In this document: positions 35,596 to 44,666 of the stretch, piece by piece
How positions within the stretch are numbered: the stretch's first letter is position 1
Layout of the letters: the number at the start of each line of letters is the position of its first letter
Program-made: the position numbers and the translations under genes
Origin: Patescibacteria group bacterium
Lineage (GTDB): Bacteria; Patescibacteriota; Patescibacteriia; UBA9570
Direction: 5' to 3'
DNA length: 64,000 nucleotides
NCBI GenBank assembly: GCA_041660305.1
Contig: JBAZWO010000001.1
Location: 113,909-177,908 of the forward strand
The notes under the pieces: generated by a model
What the model saw: the letters and a program-made list of their open reading frames with translations, nothing else
What the model was told of the DNA's origin: nothing
Database searches by the model: none

Positions 35596-36098
35596 TAGCG
35601 CCGTCTGGGGAAAACTTGGCTTGAAACAAGTGTGTTTTTGTGATAACATGCTCGTACTTATGGAACAAGATACCACTAAATCAGAAATTTTACAGGCCAT
35701 CAATAAATTTGCTACTAACGTTGAAGAAAATTTTACTGAAGTTAAACAAGACATTAAAGATATTAAGAAACGTGTTACAAAGCTTGAAACCAAAGTAGAA
35801 TCTATTGAAACCAAAGTAAAATCTATTGAAAACAAGGTAGGGTCTCTTGAAATTAATGTGGGATCACTAGAAACCAAAGTCGGATCACTTGATACAACTA
35901 CTACATCAATACGGGCTCAAATGGTAACAAAAAGCTATTTAGACGACAAATTGGCTGACATGTACGGAAAAAATATTACTCATACTAAACAAATCAACAC
36001 TAAAGTTGTTTCTTTAGCTAATCATCTTCGTGATGAAGGAAATTTATCCACCAACAGTCTAAAACAAGTAATTGCTTTACCGCCATTTGCGGTTTAAG
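35596..36098. repeat. Direct repeat copy 2
   Basis: Matches 33002-33441 at both ends. Confidence 0.9.
35660..36097 (+). CDS. Coiled-coil heptad-repeat protein, copy B (three extra heptads)
   Basis: Paralog of 33066-33440 with 21-bp units such as ETKVESI/ETKVKSI/ENKVGSL. Confidence 0.8.
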   Translation: MEQDTTKSEILQAINKFATNVEENFTEVKQDIKDIKKRVTKLETKVESIETKVKSIENKVGSLEINVGSLETKVGSLDTTTTSIRAQMVTKSYLDDKLADMYGKNITHTKQINTKVVSLANHLRDEGNLSTNSLKQVIALPPFAV

Positions 36099-36157
36099 TA
36101 TAAATAATTTTGATTTTATCTGCCAAATTTTGAGCGGCGTTGGGCTTATTTAAAGTT

Positions 36158-37357
36158 TTATTGTTTTACCAAACGTAAAGCAATCATATCCATCGCAAAC
36201 AAAGGAGCGTCGTATTGAGCAATGCCATTGTTACTAATCCTGGCACTGGTGCGATTGGCCAAAAAAATATAAAACAATTCTTTATTGTGATTAGCTTTTA
36301 CTAAAAATCCTTGTTTTTGAGCAATCAAACAAATTAATTCTCGTGCTTCGGCCATATCACTTATATATTTAACCCGATCATTTATCGTCATAGGGTCTTC
36401 CTTATAACCATGTTCAATTAAGCAAAAACTACCGCCTGGCCTTAAAACCCGACTAACTTCTGTAAAAATGGCTGTAATTTGTTCTGGAGTAGCCAATCTG
36501 GTGTTCCTTTTGGATTTAGCATGTAAATTATCTAATAAATGGTCCTCGTAAACCTGATCCATACTATCAGCTCGATAAGGCAACGCTAAAGCATTACCTT
36601 GTACTAAACATAAATTATTTTCTCCTTGATATGGCTGAATTAGTTTTACCTGTTTGTCTTTTATTTCAACTACATGATTATGTGAACGCCGATCAAGCTT
36701 TTTACCAAATTTAGCAAACTCACGAGCTGAGTATTTCCCTAAAGAGCCAAGTAATAATAAACTTGGGGCATTGGTTTGCATGCGTAATTTTAAAATTTCT
36801 TCCGGACTAAGTAACTCTAAATAAGTAGGCTCGTTAATTCCAAAAGTAGAATTAAATGCTACTAAATGATTTTCTAAAGTTTCCTCTAAATGTGGGTATT
36901 TTTCGATCGTTTCCAATGAATCTTTTTGTATCTTTAAAATAAGCTCTTGTAATGAATAATCCCTTGACACAACTCCGGCGGATTTAGCTTCTTCTAAAAT
37001 TTCTACTAATACTGAATCGTCATGTAACACTAATTTTTTATAATCCAGTATTGCTTTGAATCGATCCGGCATTAATTCTTGTTCAACATCTTCATATGAC
37101 TCGTTACCATTAGTAATGGTACTAGCAATCTCTGCTATTGTTCCACCCGCCTTTCGTAATTCTGCAATAGCGTTTTTGCCGGCTTCACCCTGTTGTAATA
37201 ATAATCTAAAACCAAGATAAATTAATTCTGGATCTCGTCTATTTCTTAATAATTCCTCCTTAACTAGCGCAACATCACCGGTTTGAGCAACTTTAAAAAT
37301 TTCCGGCACTGGATAATTTTGTCTACTTTCAACGCGAATATCTCGTTCTGGTAACAT
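36158..37357 (-). CDS. Protein with C-terminal class I SAM-methyltransferase-like domain
   Basis: QGNALALPYRADSMDQV and EVSRVLRPGG motifs; helical N-terminal half unassigned. Confidence 0.7.
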   Translation of the reverse strand: MLPERDIRVESRQNYPVPEIFKVAQTGDVALVKEELLRNRRDPELIYLGFRLLLQQGEAGKNAIAELRKAGGTIAEIASTITNGNESYEDVEQELMPDRFKAILDYKKLVLHDDSVLVEILEEAKSAGVVSRDYSLQELILKIQKDSLETIEKYPHLEETLENHLVAFNSTFGINEPTYLELLSPEEILKLRMQTNAPSLLLLGSLGKYSAREFAKFGKKLDRRSHNHVVEIKDKQVKLIQPYQGENNLCLVQGNALALPYRADSMDQVYEDHLLDNLHAKSKRNTRLATPEQITAIFTEVSRVLRPGGSFCLIEHGYKEDPMTINDRVKYISDMAEARELICLIAQKQGFLVKANHNKELFYIFLANRTSARISNNGIAQYDAPLFAMDMIALRLVKQ

Positions 37358-37390
37358 ATTCTTTTAAGGATTTTAGCAAAATGTAAAGCA

Positions 37391-38503
37391 TTATTCAAGA
37401 GCAAAAATAATTTCAGCCAAAAGCCGGGCGGCATTGGGTTTAACCAATGATTTTATGTTCTGGCTCAGTTGTTGTTGTAAAACTGTATTATTTAGTAAAT
37501 TTTGAATAGTTTTTGTTAATAATTGCGCTGTTAATCCTGCTTGAGACAGAATAATTGCCACTTGGCGTTTCTTTAAATACTCCGCATTATATTCCTGATG
37601 CGAATGGGGAATGGGGATAATAATAGCCGGCTTGCCTAAAAGCGCTAATTCGGAAATAGTGCCTAAGCCGGCTCGGGCTACTACTATATCGGCTTTATGT
37701 AAAGCCTCGGCATATTCACTGGTTAATAATTCAAACGCATGATAACGAGTGTGTTGAATATTCGGATGTGTTTTATTTTTGCCAGTAACGTGAATGACGT
37801 TCGCTATATCACACAAGTCTGCACTGACTAAATCGTTAATGGCTTGCGCGCCGGTACCGCCGCCGACGATAAATACTGTTGGATAATTTTGATCTAATTT
37901 AAAATAATTAGTAGTAGGAGTTAAATCGCGCACCGGATTGCCAATCCACTCGGCGCCGCGCAATGAAATATCATTAAAAGCTTTGGTAAGCGCCATAGCA
38001 AATGGAGCGGTTAAACGAGTAGTTAAGCTAACCTGTAAATCTTGCTGGTGCACTACTATTTTTACCCCGCAACACCAGCCGGCCCACACCACTGGTGGAG
38101 CAATAAAACTACCAGCTGATATAATTACTTGCGGCTTATATTTTAAAATTAAATATAACGCTTTAAAAAAAGCTAATTTAATAAAGATAATATCAATAAA
38201 ATTGCGCCAAGAAAAATAGCGCCTAAATTTGCCAGCCGGAACGGTTAAATAAGTAAAACGCTCCCCTACCAACATGCGCTCTACACCGGTTTTAGTGCCG
38301 ACAAAATAAATTTTAGCATCAACTAAATGCTCGGCCACGGCCAACAACGGCATTACTGATCCGGCGGTACCACCGCCTACTAAAAAAATACCTACCTCAT
38401 CCCCAACCCTTCTCCTCAAAGGAGAAGGGAGAATTAGCTTTTCATTATTCCCCCTCTCCTCAGAGGAGAGGGGGCTAGGGGGTGAGGTAGGACAAGTTTT
38501 CAT
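37391..38503 (-). CDS. murG: MurG glycosyltransferase carrying a 36-aa repeat-derived N-terminal insert
   Basis: VGGGTAGS, HQQD, GNPVR, GGGTGA, RAGLGT.SE and HQEYNA motifs; ATG coupled to the ftsW stop (ATGA). Confidence 0.92.
   Translation of the reverse strand: MKTCPTSPPSPLSSEERGNNEKLILPSPLRRRVGDEVGIFLVGGGTAGSVMPLLAVAEHLVDAKIYFVGTKTGVERMLVGERFTYLTVPAGKFRRYFSWRNFIDIIFIKLAFFKALYLILKYKPQVIISAGSFIAPPVVWAGWCCGVKIVVHQQDLQVSLTTRLTAPFAMALTKAFNDISLRGAEWIGNPVRDLTPTTNYFKLDQNYPTVFIVGGGTGAQAINDLVSADLCDIANVIHVTGKNKTHPNIQHTRYHAFELLTSEYAEALHKADIVVARAGLGTISELALLGKPAIIIPIPHSHQEYNAEYLKKRQVAIILSQAGLTAQLLTKTIQNLLNNTVLQQQLSQNIKSLVKPNAARLLAEIIFALE
38391..38491. repeat. Double-hairpin element (CCTACC subfamily) inserted in frame in murG
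   Basis: CCTACCTCATCCCC...GGAGAAGGGAG, spacer, CCCCCTCTCCTCAGAGGAGAGGGGG...GAGGTAGG. Confidence 0.9.
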
Positions 38504-39654
38504 TCCGTTTGCCGTGAAATATTAATTAAAATACCAATAGCCCCTAACAAAGTAATTAACGAGGTGCTACCATAACTGATTAATGGTAAAGGAATGCCAG
38601 TTAATGGCAATAAACCAATCATGGCCATAATATTTACAAACGCCTGAAACGTAATCCAAGTAGTAATTCCACCAGCTAACACTTTACCAAAAATATCCGG
38701 TATTGTTCGCGTAATTTTAAAACCTTGCCACATAATTGCACTGTATAACACCACTAAACCAGCCGTTACAATAAAACCCATTTCTTCAGCAATAACAGCA
38801 AAAATAGAATCAGCCGCTGATTCTGGTAATAAATTCCATTTTTGGCGCGATTGACTATAACCTAACCCTAATAACCCACCAGAACCAACTGCTAATAATG
38901 ATTGGCTGACCTGGTACCCAGCCCCTTGTTTATCAGATTCAAGATTTAAAAAAATAGTAATGCGATCACGTCGATAAGCAAATTGATTTGGCATAACTAC
39001 CGGCAATACCCCAACCATTAGTGTAAATATTATTAAACCTAAGCCACTAATGATTAACATGTGTTTCCATGGTACTTTAGCAATAAAATACCCAGTTAAC
39101 GCAATTATACTAATTACTACCATAGTACCTAAGTCACTTTGAATTATAGCCACTAATATCGCTACTACAGTTAACATAATTAAAAACGGCAATAACCCAG
39201 TTAATGTATGTAATTCATCTTTTTTAGATTCTAACCACGCACCTAAATAGATTAAAAAAGTTAGTTTTATCAATTCGGATGGTTGTAAAATAATACCGCC
39301 AATATTTAACCAACGACGCGCTCCTAGCCACTCCTGCCCAATATGTGATTCTAATACCAATAACGCTAAAATAAGGGAAATCACTAATAACAGTACAGCG
39401 TATTTTTTCCAAATATGATAATCTACCATTGATAATAACCAACAAACCGGCAAACCAATGAGTACGCCATACAACAACTGGTGTGATAAATAATAATATG
39501 GTGTACCTTTATTTTGTAAACTTTCTACAATACTGGCTGATGATAACATTACTAAACCAAACACCAATAATACTATAATTAAACCAACTAAGTTAATATT
39601 TGGTTCATGCCAACTAGATTGTTTACCAGATCTTTTTCGTAACGTTCGCCGCAT
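38500..39654 (-). CDS. ftsW: SEDS-family peptidoglycan polymerase FtsW
   Basis: GARRW, QPSELIK, DLGT, LPESAADSIF..IAEE.G and PLTGIPLPLISYG motifs; adjacent to murG. Confidence 0.9.
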   Translation of the reverse strand: MRRTLRKRSGKQSSWHEPNINLVGLIIVLLVFGLVMLSSASIVESLQNKGTPYYYLSHQLLYGVLIGLPVCWLLSMVDYHIWKKYAVLLLVISLILALLVLESHIGQEWLGARRWLNIGGIILQPSELIKLTFLIYLGAWLESKKDELHTLTGLLPFLIMLTVVAILVAIIQSDLGTMVVISIIALTGYFIAKVPWKHMLIISGLGLIIFTLMVGVLPVVMPNQFAYRRDRITIFLNLESDKQGAGYQVSQSLLAVGSGGLLGLGYSQSRQKWNLLPESAADSIFAVIAEEMGFIVTAGLVVLYSAIMWQGFKITRTIPDIFGKVLAGGITTWITFQAFVNIMAMIGLLPLTGIPLPLISYGSTSLITLLGAIGILINISRQTE

Positions 39655-39660
39655 AGTATA

Positions 39661-41454
39661 TTATCGTTTTAATATAGCCATATAAGCTTCCCGTGGAATA
39701 TCTACTTTGCCAATGGATTTCATTTTGGCTTTGCCTTTTTTCTGTTTTTCAAGCACTTTGCGTTTGCGTGATAAATCGCCACCATACAAGCCGGCGGTAA
39801 CATCTTTACGCATGGCAGCTATTCGTTCCGAGGCAATAATTTTTCCACCAATGGCGGCTTGAATTTTTACTTCAAACATCTGGCGCGGTAAAATTGGTTT
39901 TAAATCACTCACAATGGTACGGCCTAACCGCTGGGCTTCAGCTTCATACACAATCGAGGCTAAGGCTTCTACTGGATCACTGGCTACTAAGATATCTAAC
40001 CGCCGCACTTCACACTGTTGATATCCTTTAAATTCATAATTTAACGAAGCGTAGCCGGATGACACATTTTTTAATTTATCATAAAAATCCACTACAATAC
40101 CGGCTAGCGGCACGCGGTAATGAATCATCACGCGCTCGGTTTCCAAATATTCCAGCGAATTCGTAAGTGCCTCTCCATGTCGATCTTGTAATAATTTAAT
40201 AATGTCTCCAATATATTTAGTTGGGGTAATAATATCCACTTGCATCACCGGTTCTTCAATCAAACTAATCATGGTAGGATCCGGCAACTCTAATGGTGAA
40301 GAAATTATTTTTACGTTACCGTTATTTAACGTTACTCGATAAGCTACCGATGGCGCGGTAACAATTAATGCTAAACGATATTCACGGGTTAGGCGTTCCT
40401 GTACCACATCTAAATGTAGTAACCCTAAAAAGCCACAGCGAAACCCAAAGCCTAAAGCACCAGAACGTTCTGGCTCGTACGTTAATGCAGCATCATTTAA
40501 TTTTAATTTACCAAGCGCCTCTCGTAAATTTGGATAATCATCACCTTCTCTACAAAACAACCCAGCAAATACCATTGGTTTCACTTCGGTGTAACCGGCT
40601 AAGGCTGTAGCCGCCGGTTGATGTGTTAAGGTAACCGTATCGCCCACTTTACAATCGCTTACCTCTTTAAAACCGGTAACAATATAACCAATGTCTCCAG
40701 CCATTAATTGTGTCTGGGCTTTTAATGGTGGTGTAAAATAGCCAACTTCTAACGCTTCAGTAGCTTTATGCGTAGCCATAAAAGTAAGCTTATCACCCCG
40801 CTTAATTTCTCCCTGTAATACTCGCACATAAGCAATTACCCCTCTATAATCATCAAACTTGGAATCAAAAATTAACGCCTGTAATTGTTCTGGCTTAGCC
40901 GTAGGCGGTTGAATTCTTTCTACAATGGCTTCTAATAACGCCGACACATTGGCTCCGGTTTTAGCGGATACCGCGATAATTTCTTCTTCTTTACTACCTA
41001 AAATGTTTTTTATTTCTTGAGTAACCAGCGGCACATTAGCGGCCGGTAGATCAATCTTATTAATCACCGGAATAATTTCCAAATTTTGTTCAATTGCTAA
41101 ATAAAGATTAGCTAATGTTTGAGCCTCCACGCCTTGCGTAGCATCCACCACTAAAATAGCTCCTTCACAGCAAGCTAACGACCGTGATACCTCATATGTA
41201 AAATCCACATGCCCAGGCGTATCAATTAAATTTAGGACATATTCTTCACCCTGATACGTATAATTCATGCGCACCGGCTGTAACTTAATCGTAATGCCGC
41301 GTTCGCGTTCCAAATCCATGGAATCCAATAACTGGGCTTTCATATCGCGTTTACTAACGGTATTAGTAATTTCTAATAACCGATCAGCCAAGGTACTTTT
41401 ACCATGGTCGATATGCGCAATGATACAAAAATTCCGGATCTTAGCCAGTTCCAT
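39661..41454 (-). CDS. lepA: Elongation factor 4
   Basis: IRNFCIIAHIDHGKSTLADR, ERERGITIK, DTPGHVDF and GFRCGFLGLLH motifs; start moved to ATG 41454. Confidence 0.96.
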   Translation of the reverse strand: MELAKIRNFCIIAHIDHGKSTLADRLLEITNTVSKRDMKAQLLDSMDLERERGITIKLQPVRMNYTYQGEEYVLNLIDTPGHVDFTYEVSRSLACCEGAILVVDATQGVEAQTLANLYLAIEQNLEIIPVINKIDLPAANVPLVTQEIKNILGSKEEEIIAVSAKTGANVSALLEAIVERIQPPTAKPEQLQALIFDSKFDDYRGVIAYVRVLQGEIKRGDKLTFMATHKATEALEVGYFTPPLKAQTQLMAGDIGYIVTGFKEVSDCKVGDTVTLTHQPAATALAGYTEVKPMVFAGLFCREGDDYPNLREALGKLKLNDAALTYEPERSGALGFGFRCGFLGLLHLDVVQERLTREYRLALIVTAPSVAYRVTLNNGNVKIISSPLELPDPTMISLIEEPVMQVDIITPTKYIGDIIKLLQDRHGEALTNSLEYLETERVMIHYRVPLAGIVVDFYDKLKNVSSGYASLNYEFKGYQQCEVRRLDILVASDPVEALASIVYEAEAQRLGRTIVSDLKPILPRQMFEVKIQAAIGGKIIASERIAAMRKDVTAGLYGGDLSRKRKVLEKQKKGKAKMKSIGKVDIPREAYMAILKR

Positions 41455-41494
41455 AATGCTGTGTACTATACTAAAAAAAGGCCAAGAAGTACAG

Positions 41495-43093
41495 CTATCG
41501 TTGTATTGTATGACCCAAAAACGTAAACGGATAATCCATGATGCCGATATAATAAGCTTGATTATCACTTAAAGCACGCTGTTCTAATAGTAAACGAGTT
41601 GGTTTTACTGTATTTGGTAATTGATCGAACACTAAAATAACATATTTAATAGATTTGGCTACAGCAACTGTATTAGTATTAGCCCTGATTAATTGATTAT
41701 GCTGGGCTGATAAATAATCTAAGTAATTAGGTGAAAATTGCATTATTTGATAATCAGGCAACACCGCGCTTAATTCGCGAAACGGTTCATCATTTCTAAT
41801 ATTATTACCATAAAGCACATCGCGCCCAGTAATTACTAGGGTAGCTTCGGCTGGATATTGTTCAATTAATATTTTTAAATTTTGCATCCGTTGCTCACTC
41901 GCCTTAATGTTAGAAATATTAGCTTCAGCTAAAGCTGGGGCAAATTTCACTAAACGCTGTAATATTAAATCGATGCGCCGTTGTGGACGGTAATTAGGAT
42001 GCGCATAACTAGGCGTAAAAATTAAAAACACGCTAGCGTGGGCTACTAACCAAACTACTAATAACAAAATACTAAATACTTTCTTATTTAATGAACCACT
42101 ACGATACCAAACGTAATAACACCATTCTATCCCCCGCCCAGCCAATACATAGCCAATTGGCATTAACAATAACGCGTAACCAGTCTGACCAAAATGTATC
42201 AAGCTATAAACCAACGTAGCTAAGCCACCCCAAGCTAACCCCCACCACCAATAAAACCTTTCTCCTACGTAACGATGTTTCCAAACAGTGATGCCTATTG
42301 GTATTAATAACCAGTTCCAACTAACTAAAGTAGTAACTAAAAAATGTTTAAATAAATTTACTGTAAACCAACTAGAGGTACCGGCGTAACCGTATTGCGA
42401 CCAAGATATTTTAAAATATTCTAGCCAACCACTTACGCCTAATAACGGAATAAACCAAATTAGCACACTGCCTATTAATAAACCTGCGCTGATTAAAATA
42501 ATGCGCCATTGTTTTAAATAAATCCATTGTAATACCAATAACGGTAGCAATAACACCAAAGTCGACGGCCGAAAACCACTGCCTAGCCCTAATGTAATAG
42601 CGCTAATATATAACCAACGATTACGTTCTGTTACTACTTTACTGTGCGCAAATAAGTAGGTAAATAATGCTAAGCCAATACCTAAAGCTAAATCTATCGG
42701 ATACGTAGAACCATCCGCTCGATAAAACCAAGTTAATGGATTAACTAACAACGCTATAGTTAAAACAGTAGCTAACCACCGCTGCCGCCAAATTAACCAA
42801 ACTAGTATATAAAATGCTAGGCTGGCTACCAACACAAAAATATTCGTAATTAATAACAAACTAGTGTGCCCTGAAAAAATATTGGCTAATAATTTTCCAG
42901 TTAATTCATATAACGGATAGCCTGGTGGATGTGGCTGATGCATAGCTACTGAAAAATGCTCCACTCCTAAAGTATACTGAGCCGCATCCCAACTAATAGG
43001 ATAACGCGTTATTACCGGTACTGTGGTTAATAACCACAAACCAATAATTAATAGCATATAACGATAATGTGTTTTTAATTTAGTACTCGCCAT
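41495..43093 (-). CDS. Multi-pass membrane glycosyltransferase (GT-C fold, DUF2723-like)
   Basis: SWDAAQY...HQPHPPGYPLY loop motif and many TM helices. Confidence 0.65.
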   Translation of the reverse strand: MASTKLKTHYRYMLLIIGLWLLTTVPVITRYPISWDAAQYTLGVEHFSVAMHQPHPPGYPLYELTGKLLANIFSGHTSLLLITNIFVLVASLAFYILVWLIWRQRWLATVLTIALLVNPLTWFYRADGSTYPIDLALGIGLALFTYLFAHSKVVTERNRWLYISAITLGLGSGFRPSTLVLLLPLLVLQWIYLKQWRIILISAGLLIGSVLIWFIPLLGVSGWLEYFKISWSQYGYAGTSSWFTVNLFKHFLVTTLVSWNWLLIPIGITVWKHRYVGERFYWWWGLAWGGLATLVYSLIHFGQTGYALLLMPIGYVLAGRGIEWCYYVWYRSGSLNKKVFSILLLVVWLVAHASVFLIFTPSYAHPNYRPQRRIDLILQRLVKFAPALAEANISNIKASEQRMQNLKILIEQYPAEATLVITGRDVLYGNNIRNDEPFRELSAVLPDYQIMQFSPNYLDYLSAQHNQLIRANTNTVAVAKSIKYVILVFDQLPNTVKPTRLLLEQRALSDNQAYYIGIMDYPFTFLGHTIQR

Positions 43094-44661
43094 ATTTTTT
43101 TAACATACACCTTTATTAAATCTGCCTCCTCAAATTTATAATACATCGCCAAGGTCACATAAATAAAGCCCCCAGCCGCCAAACTAGTTGTAGTTTGTAT
43201 GAACAGACCTAATGTAGTATGCATGTCCACATAAGGCGCTACCAAATAACGAATGCCATGGATCACTAAACCCATGGCGCTACTGGCCGCTACAATTTTT
43301 GCAATTGAACTAATAATCCGTTTATCATCTAAATCTCCATATTTTACCCGTAAAATACATAATAATATTAGCATCGCGATAATATTAGAAATACTGTAAG
43401 CCAAGGCAATCCCATATAAGCCTAATGTAGTACCTGATAATATCCAAGCTAAGCTCACATTAAGCACTAACTGTGCCATACTAACATACACCGGAGTTTT
43501 GGTATTATGGTGAGCAAAAAACACCCGCGTCATTAATGGTATGGTAGCTTGTGCAAATAACGACAAAGAAAATACCCCTAAAATTTGAGCCGTAATAATA
43601 GTGTCTTGCCAACTAAATAACGTTTTGCCTAATGAAGCAAATAATAATCGCACTAATTGCGCGCGCAATAATAACATTACGATACTTAATGGAATAATTA
43701 CAAATAATATTCTGCGAATATTATTTGAAAACAACTCTTTAAATTTAGCAAAATCATTATCGGCCAAGGCCTGAGAAAATACCGGAAAAGATGATAAAGC
43801 CAAAGACACACCAATTACGTTAATTGGCACGTTGAATAAATTATCAGCATACGTCCAGTTAGTAAGATAGTTAGTATTAAAACCAAGCACAAATATAGAT
43901 AAGACAAAACTAGTTAACTGCATAATGCCTAACGATAACGCTCGCGGCGGCATTAACTGAAATATTTTTTTTACCCCAGTCACATTTAAACAAAAAATCC
44001 ATTGATAACGATAACCGCTATGCCACGCGGCTACCCATTGCGCCACACAATGAAAAAACGCGCCCAATACTACTCCATAAGCTAGACCCATTAAACCAAA
44101 GCGTGGATAGAAACCAATGGCTCCTATAATAATGCCAATGTTATATAAAATTGGTGCTAAAGAATAAGCTAAAAACCGGCGCATGGCATTTAACATACCG
44201 GCCATCACATTACTAACCGTAAAAAACCATACACAAACCAACATAACCCGTAACATTTGTGCGGTAAGTATTTGCTGCTCCGGATGAGTCCGCATTAATA
44301 ATTTAGAAATTTGTGGCGCTAATAACAAACCGAAACCAATACCAATAGTTACTACTACTAACAAAATATTTAAGACACTATTAGCTAACGTAAACGCGGT
44401 AGTAGTATCGTGTTTCTTTTTCACTGCAATAAACACCGGAATAAACGAAGCTGATAACGCTCCCAACACTACGATATTAAAAATTAAATCCGGAATTTTA
44501 AAGGCTGCCAAATACACCCCTAGCTCACTAGACGGAACATATTTAACCATTAAATTATCCCGCAATAAACCCAATGCCCGTGAAACAATGGAAGCGGCAC
44601 CAATAATTACAGCCGCCCCTGTAACACTCCCTGATAATCGTTGCCACCAGGAATAAAGCAT
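43075..44661 (-). CDS. murJ: Lipid II flippase MurJ (MviN)
   Basis: SRALGLLRD, AAFKIPD, GALSASFIPVF and APILYN motifs. Confidence 0.92.
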   Translation of the reverse strand: MLYSWWQRLSGSVTGAAVIIGAASIVSRALGLLRDNLMVKYVPSSELGVYLAAFKIPDLIFNIVVLGALSASFIPVFIAVKKKHDTTTAFTLANSVLNILLVVVTIGIGFGLLLAPQISKLLMRTHPEQQILTAQMLRVMLVCVWFFTVSNVMAGMLNAMRRFLAYSLAPILYNIGIIIGAIGFYPRFGLMGLAYGVVLGAFFHCVAQWVAAWHSGYRYQWIFCLNVTGVKKIFQLMPPRALSLGIMQLTSFVLSIFVLGFNTNYLTNWTYADNLFNVPINVIGVSLALSSFPVFSQALADNDFAKFKELFSNNIRRILFVIIPLSIVMLLLRAQLVRLLFASLGKTLFSWQDTIITAQILGVFSLSLFAQATIPLMTRVFFAHHNTKTPVYVSMAQLVLNVSLAWILSGTTLGLYGIALAYSISNIIAMLILLCILRVKYGDLDDKRIISSIAKIVAASSAMGLVIHGIRYLVAPYVDMHTTLGLFIQTTTSLAAGGFIYVTLAMYYKFEEADLIKVYVKKIWRVLN

Positions 44662-44666
44662 GTAAT

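Noticed and set aside
33002-36098. Diversity-generating retroelement template/variable repeat pair
   Set aside because: Differences are not adenine-specific, both copies are full genes with promoters, and no reverse transcriptase is in the window
41454-41568. N-terminal extensions in the ORF track for lepA (also murC, folC, lgt, TrmB and the J-domain gene)
   Set aside because: They arise from upstream alternative start codons in promoters, repeats or overlapping genes; conserved domains begin at the downstream ATG
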